DNA of 63,961 bases, the filler included, from Platydemus manokwari (Eukaryota), in assembly GCA_037951405.1 (NCBI GenBank). It is 6 parts of 6 records of this genome, joined end to end, with 100 filler letters (N's around TTAATTAATTAA, not from the genome) between each part and the next. Parts side by side here need not be neighbours in the genome. Positions count along the whole stretch, not along the records: positions 45,346 to 55,066 come from JBBMOY011213322.1; positions 55,167 to 63,961 come from JBBMOY011348538.1; 4 more parts are not named here. One strand, 5' to 3'. How positions within the stretch are numbered: position 1 is the first letter of the stretch; every line of letters starts with the position of its first letter. Of this stretch, positions 53,401 to 63,961 are shown piece by piece. Under the pieces are notes generated by a model. That model was given only the letters and a program-made list of their open reading frames with translations, was not told the DNA's origin and made no database searches. A program made the translations under genes and the position numbers.

Positions 53401-56071
53401 CTCTAATTGTATTGTATATCTTTTTGATGGATTTCAATGCATGGTAATTCAAGAACAGCCTCAAATGTCTTTAATGGTAAATAATTGCTAAGAAGCGTCA
53501 AAGATCAGTTCTCCGTAATATATTTAATGACTATTAGAAATCTGGGAAGAATAACCTCGATAAAGAAATATGTTATTTTGTAAAAATCGATTCTAAGGGC
53601 TTTTACAGTTCATTTAGATTATCATTGTGATTTTAAATGAGATATTACGATAATTGTCATTGAAAATTTGAAATTAAAATAAATAATTAAATAATGAGAA
53701 CTTAAAATTACACATGGTTATTAATATTCAAACAAATTTCATAAATTAATTTCAAAATAATTGTATAGAAAATTCAAATAAATTAACCATTATTAAAATT
53801 GAAATTAAAATTTCATTTGAAAATGAATTTTTACAATAGATGAAATAATCGTAAAATAGTTTATATTAAAAACTAAAATTAATTAATTTGAAAAATAATT
53901 GAAATTAATTAAAAATAATTATTATTGTATTAAATATAATGGGTTCTATGTTTGCACTTTCGATTTTATTTCATTAATTTTATAGCTTAACTCAGCCGAT
54001 AAATGAGTATCCCATTAATTAATTATTTCGAATACATTTGATGATTCCGGCTCAATATTTGCAAGGAAAGTTTTTATTTTCGAAAATTTTTACTTTATAT
54101 TCAATTAAAAAGTAATAATCATTATTATCATTATTATTATTACTATTATTATTTGCTTAAATTATTATAATAATTTTATAATTAAACCTATTTTGGCTGG
54201 TATTCACTTTATTGTCCAAAAACTACAAGTATTCTAATAATCACATTGGGTTGAATAAACTTTTAAAATATGAAAATATTACTTCAAAAAGATATATCTC
54301 TCTACATAATTATTTATTTTAAAGGTAATTTCACTAATACATGTATCGAATTCCTGAGGTAATTGGTTTTGCTCCAAGACTGTGTGGTCCATTAACCCTT
54401 ACTTGCTTTAAGAGGTTGATAAGGTTCTCGTCATAGGATTCAGTGTATATTGTATTTAAAAATCAATTTGTAACTTTTTATATTGGTGTGGTATTGGTAA
54501 TTTGTTTACAATAAAAGTTTTCTTTATCAATAGTCTTTGATCAATTAAAGTAAACCAAGGCTGTTAATAACGTTAAGACATAGGTTTTGCATTAAGAAGC
54601 ATTAATGTTAAGTTTTAAAATTGAGACTGATATTTCTTCTTCATACGATATTAAATTGCGAATAGAAAAATTAAATCTTACACAGTGAAACTGCATCTAA
54701 ATCCTTAACCAGAAACTCACTAAGACTCAATAAGACAACGGTAATCCTAGATCCAATTTCATTCAATAAAATATTAATAAAAATACCGATAAGGCCTAAA
54801 TGCTACATTTCCTATACTATTTGAAATTTCAATAGCCTTTTCTTCTCCTATGCAGCAATAAGGTCCGCATGTTAAACAAAGATTCATTTTCCATTTCTAG
54901 AGTTACAATGGACCCATTTACAATTAATTCTTCATCTTGGCAGTAACATCAAAACTTTTTGAAAATCTAACATATTCAATTGCGGTTAGGTATTAAATTT
55001 TTTACATAGATTGACATAAACTAAATACGATTTATTTGATTATTGTTTGTTATATCAAATTGCATGNNNNNNNNNNNNNNNNNNNNNNNNNNNNNNNNNN
55101 NNNNNNNNNNTTAATTAATTAANNNNNNNNNNNNNNNNNNNNNNNNNNNNNNNNNNNNNNNNNNNNGTGTGTGACATTCATTGGATTAAATTCATATTCA
55201 GTATAATTTTTAAATTTGTGTTATCTTTTGTTTTGGAACATCGTGATAAAGTTGTTAAACTTAATAATTAACCATATCCATCAAATGTAATCCAATGTAA
55301 ATCAATCTAGTATTATCATTCATATACATTGGCGCGTTTCTCAAAATGCATCACAAAGAGATAAAAATAGAAAGACATTCGAAGTTTTTTGTACGTATCT
55401 TGTGAGAAAATTAAAAATATAAAAAACATTTAATAAATTTTCACAAGTTTTTATAAAAAAATCTCTTGATAATATTTAAATTTGTTTTAAAATTATGTTT
55501 TTAATAATAAACATTTCGAAAAACTATTGACTTACTAATTATACCTAATCTTAAAATTGAAATGAGATAATTATTTATTTTTTAAACTGTAGTCTAATCA
55601 TTGCCACACAGCCCAGCAACATTTTACTTTTAATTTTATAAATTATGTTGGATTTGTTTGATAATAAAATAAAAATATATTATTTACAGAATCGATGATA
55701 ACAATATCTTTTCGTTGTATGAAAATAAAGAATTATTTAAGAATAAATCTTGGAAAATAAACAATTGAAAGTATCTAATAATGCGATATCAATAAATAAA
55801 CTTGAAAGAAATATTTATGCTTGAATGATTTAAAATTTAGATTTCTGTAAAATTACAATATTCTCCTAAAATCAATAATAGAAATACATTCGAGTAAAAA
55901 ATTTATTATTTATATAATAATAATTATTATTATTAGTATTATTATTATTAGTGAGTAGATTAGATGATATTCTTTTAAAATCATTAATAGAAATTAAATA
56001 AAATTACAATGTAGATTCTACTCTGCTCTTTCAATCTAGATTTGGTTTGAATATCTATAGATTCTTGTAAA

Positions 56072-59000
56072 TCATTTAAATTTATTGATAATATTCAAAC
56101 TTATTGATCCTTCAAGTGTTTCGCATAAAATATTATTATTATCGAAACCGATATTAATGTATTCGATATTGCCTGAATCGAATCTGATACATTTTGTCAG
56201 ATAATCGCCACTGGATATCTATTATTTCAATAAATACAATTCATATCATTTTCAAATCAATAACCTGAACATTAATCTCTGAATTATTCTGATTAATAAT
56301 CATTGTGTTTATGTTATTGATGATGACTTTATGCAATGTATTGATTTCATATTTTTGCGATTGATTGTTCATGGTCTGTATAAACACATCCAATCCAATC
56401 ATATAAATCAATAACGATGATTCATCCCTAATCATTTTTAAATCGAAAATCAAAATTTAAATAAGAGAGATTTACCAAAATATAATTTTCATCAAACAAT
56501 AATTTTTAATCCAAAGTGGTTGCCACACTAATTGCAATTGGAAAGCTTCATGTTCAGGGAACGATATTGTCTGCTTCTTAAATTCACTCATATCTATTAA
56601 GAATTATTTATTAATCAATACGTAATACACGATAATTCATTCTTAAAAATTTGTCAATAAATTTATTTATGTCAAAATTAAATTTCTCGCAACTTCCTTT
56701 CGAAAAACATTGGGTTAAAGTTTCCTTTTGAATAAATGAATTTTAATTTAATAAATTTTAATGAATTTTTACTGCAATAACAAAGCTAAGCATATCGGAA
56801 ATATACAAATATAAATGGTTTATATGTGAATTGTTAAAAGATTTTCTGATTTTATAATTATGTAATATGTTTGAAATCTAAAATGATGTGTGGATTTTTA
56901 GATGAAATGTTTTGTATCAAAGTATGATCTGGTACCAACTTTCAAACCAAATAGCGACCACAACCCTGTATTTTCAAACATCTGTTTCCACATGGATTTA
57001 CTGCTCTGTTAACTTTAAATAAGCTCTTTGTATAGAATTCTAAACCAAATTCCAATCTCAAAAAGAACAGAGTCAGGTGAGAAGTAACAATGAACACGCG
57101 TAATTTGTTTAAATGGGTGGGCAAGGTTTGACGACATCATTAAAGTATTGTATTCAAAGTATCGTGGGAACTTTCAGAAACCTTAAAAGCCCGAACTACG
57201 AGTTCAGGATCTTCATAATAAACCACATCATAGACATTGTCAGTCACAGAATGACGAACCCAGTCAATCTCGCAACCGACGGAGAAAACAACGAATTTGG
57301 GCCACATGGTGGACAAAAACATGATTTGCAGTCCGCAAACTTTGCAAAATACAGATAAACGCTGAATTTTACAATCACTATATGGAAATATTGCTCAAAC
57401 TCACGGTGGACAATAACAAAACATACCACTTCAAATTTGATAACCGTGGTGAACTTTCCGATATACTTCATGATGCGTTCTCTATGCATGCTTTCAACAA
57501 ATGGGCCATCATGAAAAAGCACGGCCGACTTGCTCACTGCTACGCTGCCAGCCACCTCTCACAGAAACCGATGCAGAACTTACATCGATCACCGGACGTA
57601 TGGATTTTTACATAACAAGCGCGAAACAACTTGCTACTGCTAAACTACACGCCGTACATCATCAAGAAAGAAAATTCCAAGCTATGTAGTAGATGCCTTA
57701 CCGAACAAGACACGGATGCTTATATATTTATCCACTGCCCAGCGATCCTTGGTTTAGCATCAAAGAGACATTCCATCATCTTGGACCACTTAGGTAACTA
57801 CCTCCAATCACTGGGATATGATACGAATATCCACACGAGCCCTTAGGAAACCAACACAAAATTGCAACCAGATCTTATAATAAGAAATAAAGCGAAGAGA
57901 CATGCCAAAAGATTTCAAATTATCATTCGACATCATGAAGAACTTCAAAAAACACAGGCTCTTCAACTACGAAGAATACCGACAGATTGCCAGTGAAATT
58001 AAAACAAAGACCCGATTCGAAATCTCTCTAGACGTTCTTTGGATAAGAGTTATCGTTTCTTGAGATCCAATAAACTACAAAGTCCTGACCAACATCGGAC
58101 TTACTAAGCCGCGTATCACGTTCATTGCCTACGTCACTTACAAAGCTCATACCGACAATCAAAACCTTAAGCCACCATCCTGGTCAAGAGCACTCAACCA
58201 GCTAGCAATCAACAATCACAACTACTAGTAACTCTATCTTCTAGATAATCGAGCAATTCTCTAAGAATCTCTTACAAGCAAACTAAACGGACGTATCAAA
58301 GGATTAATCAATTTTATAAAAAGATGTGAGGACTTGGGCCACCGCATAGTGAAGACATTTATGTTTATATTAAATAAATTTTACCCGCCTGTTTGAATGC
58401 ATCAAATAGTTAATTTGACCCACCCTATAAAATACTGATAAATATAAAGCACATATATAAGAATATTTTATATAACTGTTTAATTTTCAAAAAATGTTTC
58501 ATTAACAAACCTTATTAACAGTTATATCTGATCTAATAATCATCTAATAATCAATTATCTGTTTTGTCAAGTAATAACTCTTTCGAATATATTACCACTG
58601 TGACTCGACAACGTACTGATATGAATAAACATTTACTTGAAAACAATATATGAATTATCAAGACATTCAAACAATACTTTTCAATCAAACGGGCATTCCA
58701 TTATTTAAGGAGTGATCAATAATCTTGATTGTCAATAAATAAAGGATTATTTTATGTATAACTCTGAGAAACTCTACACATTTTAGCATACTGGCTCTGA
58801 GACATTATTACCAATTATATGTAGAAACTCATCAAATTTTTATCGATTTTTCCAGTTATTTGGGTAAACTCATTTAGTAATTTACATTTTCACCTAGTCC
58901 TCGTTATCAAATCATCGAATAATTGTCAAAGTGTTATTAAATAATTAAAATTACTTTTATATTTTGTTAAAATATTTGAAATTTTCTATGCTTACTTGCT

Positions 59001-61525
59001 TGAATGACTTTACTTTGTCTTTCCATCAGCAAGCTGCATTGAAATCTGTCACCAGTCTTAGCAGATAAACAATAACTTGTGCCTTCATTATTAATACGAT
59101 TGCAATTAGGTCTGAAGTAGTTGCCATTGTCTTCAAATGTTTGTAATTCATGATTCCAATAGAATCGATCGAGACATCCGATCATTTGATGTTTGAAGTT
59201 TCCATTCGAAAGATTATTGTTTTCAGGAATAAAAATATTTCCCATATATATTATAGTTTTGTTATTTGAACTGCTTTCAGGAATCGGATAAGATTTATCA
59301 AATGGATCTGTAAAATATGTTTAATGAAATTTAATATGTGGAATATATTGAATTATCATGTAAATGTTGATGGTTTATACTGGAGAAAGGAATTCAGTAG
59401 GCAACACGAATTTCATTCCATTTTACCGGTGGACAAGTAGTTTATCAAGAACATGAAAACCTCGTGCTAATAATTTCAGGACTACTAGATATAGTATCCG
59501 TATCAGTAATGAATGATTTAGGATTTTATCTTGAATCAGAAAGTTTAAAGACCAAAAAATAATAAATAGATCCAAATTTTATTGTAAAAATATGAAACTA
59601 CTGACTATTAAATGATATTAATTATATGTCATTGAAGATCATGTCAAACATGTTCCTCAATCACCAGATGAAGACATATGGCCTCAGATCTTTCACACAA
59701 ACTATAATCTAGTTTTTAATGTGTATGGAAGGAGCTAAATTTAAACACATGATACGGAATATATCAATAATGAAAAATTTCAAGTTTTTAAGGCATCGAT
59801 GCTTTATGTTGAATTGATAAATGGAGTAATAACGAAGAACGTCAGTCTCCTAGAATCAATAATATCAATCAATCCATTTTAAGTATAAAATTGGAGAATT
59901 AATCACTAAATTATTGGCGACTCAGATCATTAGGCCACAAAAACACCCGTGGCAAATTTCATTGTTATTTATCTAAAATAAAGATGCTTATGCAAAAAAG
60001 TTTAAGGATTTTTAGAAAAATATTATACAAAATAATAATCTTTTAGACCATCGGATGTTCAATGGGTGCATTCAGCGAGCTTCATTCATAATAGCTATCG
60101 ATCTCGTTTAATTAACAAGTAAATCTAATCGAGGACACCTGTGGTTAACAGGTTTCAGGGTTTGATGAAATTAATATACAAATAACTGAATTATTCAAAT
60201 GATGTTGAGACATCTTCATATTAAATTAGCTCTTGAATAACCATAACTCCATTCTTTAACGTTTAAAACTGAGAAGTCAATTTTATTGGTCATTTATTTG
60301 AATCAATGAAAAAGAAATGAAAAATTAAGAATGATATGATATATGCTTGTGCAAGACAACTGAAACCCATTGTATATCTTTGTGATTATTATCGAAGCAT
60401 TGATAGCAATTAATTTGATGAGCATAACCAAAATCAGATAATTGAAATTATCAGTATCCACCAATTGATGAAAATGGTCTCTCAAATGGTTTCAAACGAG
60501 TATAATATTTATATGGCAGAGAGTAGCATAGTCGGACATGAACTGAGTTCAATATTTTATTAACATTCTTTATATGTGTATTTTTTATATTTAATTAATA
60601 ATATTTATAATTATAATAATAATTATAATCAATAATTCAGATAATATTAAAATTCAAAAAATTACCTGTTTCATTGATGGCTCTTTTGCAATCGAAAACA
60701 TATGGCTGGCCTAAACAGTAAATAATATGTTATCGATTATCATTGTGAGAATTGATTTATTATGGTAACATATTATTGAAATTATAGTCTGAAATTATCA
60801 GTCTTATATTGATCAAAATAATTTTCAAATTACTTGTTTTATGGGTTCTATTTGACTTATCATATACTTTAGTTGAACCTGAACAATAAATAATAATTTC
60901 AAATGATTTCAATATGATATTTAATTTCACAGGTCCTTTTATACACTCATCAAATCTACCTATTAATTATCATATAAATAATCTTTCAATAAAATATCCA
61001 ATCTCTTACATATTTTATTCATCTCTGTCGATAGAATGAAATGATTCGTATATATCACAAAGATTTTCTTATTATTTTCATCATTTTCGATTTTAAAGAG
61101 CATTCTAATATGGTTCACATCAGCCATGTACATAATAATTCCAATTGAATCGTGAATCAAAACTGTTAAATTGACATAAATATTTCGATCGATCATACCA
61201 TTGATTTCATGTCGGAGGAAATTGGTTGTAAACAATGGCAAAATATTCATCAAAGCTAAATATTTGAAATAAATATCCAACCATAATTACAATAGAATTA
61301 CTTATTGAAAGTAAAATAAGTTCCTTCATTGAAAGTAAAATATATTTCTGCATAATCATATTTCGTAATAAATCCGTTAGAATGTTTGTAAACAAAGAAT
61401 TGAATACATGCATTATGTTTATTATAAACAATACTGTAAACAATTCTATAGGTGATGATATATACATTTAATTTTATCTGACAACTTTCAGTTTTAATTA
61501 AATATTCGATGCATTGAAGACTCAT
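56072..61525 (-). pseudogene. Multi-exon laminin-G-like extracellular protein gene, frameshifted in this assembly (pseudogene or sequence errors)
   Basis: Phase-consistent exons 59307-58996, 56593-56476, 56427-56265, 56218-56072 with 48- and 46-nt introns. Further small exons at 60959-60931, 60878-60834, 60710-60666 and 60542-60462. LamG-like patterns IIYMG...MIGCLDRFYWN, SIGIIMY and YINIG...LEGSI. The frame breaks near 61210-61255 and 60460-60545. Confidence 0.5.
56990..58380 (+). mobile_element. Second decayed RLE-type non-LTR retrotransposon (3' part), inside an intron of the LamG-like gene
   Basis: NGWARF/GG.G thumb-like trace, CSRCLTEQDTDAYIFIHC finger, KRHSII, LQPDLII RLE motif, AATAAA near 58373. 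Confidence 0.75.
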
Positions 61526-63961
61526 CTTTATTTAATTTAATCTCAATTACTGTACTTTTGAACACAGTTATTTATCGACTCGGTACTAGACATGATTTAG
61601 AACCTAAAGATATTTATTGTTTAAATTCCTGCTTATCATAATGTGTGATCTTAAAATTCAGTTCTTAATTTTGATTCAGTTTATAAGATTCAATAATCAT
61701 TCCTTTGAAAGGATGATGAAGTCATTTTTGCACATTTATCTTGTCTCATACAGGTCATCAAAAATGGTTATATGTTGTTGATCACAAAATATATCTTTGC
61801 GAGTGGAGGTTCATCTGAATCAAACTCATTCCCAGATAACCTAGAGTTCTCTATTTTATTAAATTAATTATACAAAAAGGTGTCACTCCACGAAATTATC
61901 ATGCAGTGCTGGTAGTATTTTGAGAAATTTATTGTGATGAATTATTTCCAAATCTGAATTTATTAACAAATTAATGCATTCAATAATTTTTTTATTTTAT
62001 TGATTTTTTAAATTTGACTAAATTATTTCAAATAATCATTATAAAATTGTAATATTTCAATAAGGTCAATATTTGAGGCAAATACGGTGATGAATTACCT
62101 TTTATAATTGAAATTTTGAAACATTAAAAATGTTATCCGATGGGGTGTATCTTTGAATAACAGTAATTCATGTTACTTGCACTTGAGAAGACTGCGTGTC
62201 TTGCGTTTTGATTACAAAAAAGATTTCACGATACTGATCTGATTCCGAATCGTCTTTAAAGTTTATTTTATTATAAAATTAGATTAGACTCCAATGTACA
62301 GAAAATGTAGACAAAATCTGAGTCCATACTTATTTAACTTCCAAATAGAGTTTTTAACTATATAGATTTAATATAAACCATTGTAATAATTAATACACAA
62401 TATAACAATTATTATTATTTGAAATTTATCTTTTTGATCTTTTGATGTGCCTGATTTTACAAATTTTATATCTAACCCTGACCCACCATGTTCGATGTTT
62501 ATGATTGGGAAGCCTAGGAGCTCTGCGGACCCGTTAATTTTTGACAAATTTTTGTTAGGGTCAATCAACTCTTCTAGTGTAGATAGAATAAATGTGGTCT
62601 GATATAGCTATAACTAGATGCTTAAATTTTGTGTTATTTCATCATGAACTTTGTATAAGATAATGAGATATATTGATTTTTTGTTATATTTTATTTTACT
62701 TTATATAAGTTCTACACAGATAATCTCGATCGAAATAAATTGTCTATATATGTCTAATAAAGATTCAGATATGTTATGCTATTAATGCTCTTTTAATCAA
62801 TAATTCCAGTCTGGTAACAATTAATGGAAATTAAGATTTCTTATGAAATATTTATCGCAGTACATTTTAATGTAATCAAATACATACTCACTAAATATCG
62901 ATAATGTTGAGAACATTGAGGCATTGAAGTTGTTGAAGTGATATCCTTAATTTAAGATATGTCAATGAGTAGTATTAACTTTATTTATGAAAGAGAAATA
63001 CTAAAACGAAAATTTCAAGCACAATGTTCAATTAATTAATATTTGTGTAACTTCTTTTATTGATTTATGTTTTATATTCCATTAAGCTTAATCCACCGGG
63101 TGAATATTTCGAGTCTGCTGAATGCAAATGATAAATCATATATGTTTTAGAGAGATACTCAGACTACAGTTAAAATATTTATAAAATAATTAAAAATTCT
63201 AATCAATAAATTTATCATTTGTGTGTTCGATTTACTGCAGTAATGAAATAGAAAAACTAAACTTGAATTTTAACACTCATCATCCAGATTAATTTTTTTA
63301 AAATATTCGTTACGGTAAATTAATTTCCCACAAATCAAGGAAAATACTAACACTTATTATAACTTGACCTTGTACTACTTACTTTTTTAACTTTATCTTG
63401 TAAACAAATAAATATGGTACATTATGTTTGTTTAAATGCATCATTTAAGTTTATTATAAAGTTAATTATTTAAAGGGATCGTTTACATTTCATGTTTATG
63501 ATATCAAATAGGATTTTCCAAACATTTTTTTTCAATTTCAGTATTTTTACTGCCTACAACACATTCCACGGTTAGTATTGTGATTTTTTCCATATTGGAT
63601 TTAATAATTTGTTAAACTATATATAGCGAGTCATGAAATAGCATTGATAGTTTATATTGCTTTGTGAATTCATGTATTATTTTTCTCTTAATTGTTTTAA
63701 TATATATTCCTAATAAGTTTCTTTGAATAATTTTTAGGTTATGTTGGAATATAAGGTGTTTAAAAGATAATAACGTTGTGACTAATTCAAAGTATTTCTC
63801 TGAGAGCTTGTGTATTTCTTTGAAAATAATCATGAAATAATCACTAAATTATACAGCTCCATCGATTGTAATTAAATATTTTGGATCGATACTTATTAAA
63901 CCTCAGAATCTAATATAAAATCTATTAAAAATTGAAAAAATGTTAGCATAAATTTTATGAG

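Noticed and set aside
1-63961. Alternative genetic code to explain stop-interrupted exons; CRISPR arrays or prokaryotic systems
   Set aside because: Intact genes use the standard code with TGA/TAA stops. There is no repeat-spacer array or operon structure, and the sequence is intron-containing eukaryotic DNA.

Overview
Very AT-rich eukaryotic (animal) genomic scaffold with six 100-nt gaps, five of them containing an artificial TTAATTAATTAA spacer. The short 45-65 nt GT-AG introns, the base composition and the TE content are compatible with a flatworm such as a planarian, but that is inference only. Well-supported genes: an intronless secreted acidic protein (-), a 3-exon DHRS11-like short-chain dehydrogenase (+), two tandem matrin-type (ZMAT/ZNF385-like) zinc-finger paralogues (+) and a 6-exon DEAD-box helicase DDX27/Drs1 (-). 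Less certain: a many-exon laminin-G-like gene or pseudogene (-, about 56-61.5 kb) and scattered exons of an unknown + strand gene (about 20.6-29.3 kb). The rest is mostly decayed mobile DNA: a DD41D Tc1/mariner, a Gypsy element with a tRNA-Arg-like PBS plus several Gypsy fragments, two RLE-type (R2/NeSL-like) non-LTR remnants, hAT and pogo-like MITEs with intact TSDs, LTR-like segments and dispersed repeats. The most unusual observation is that both zinc-finger paralogues open at a phase-0 splice acceptor with no shared in-frame ATG, which points to a spliced-leader-donated AUG or a GUG start.
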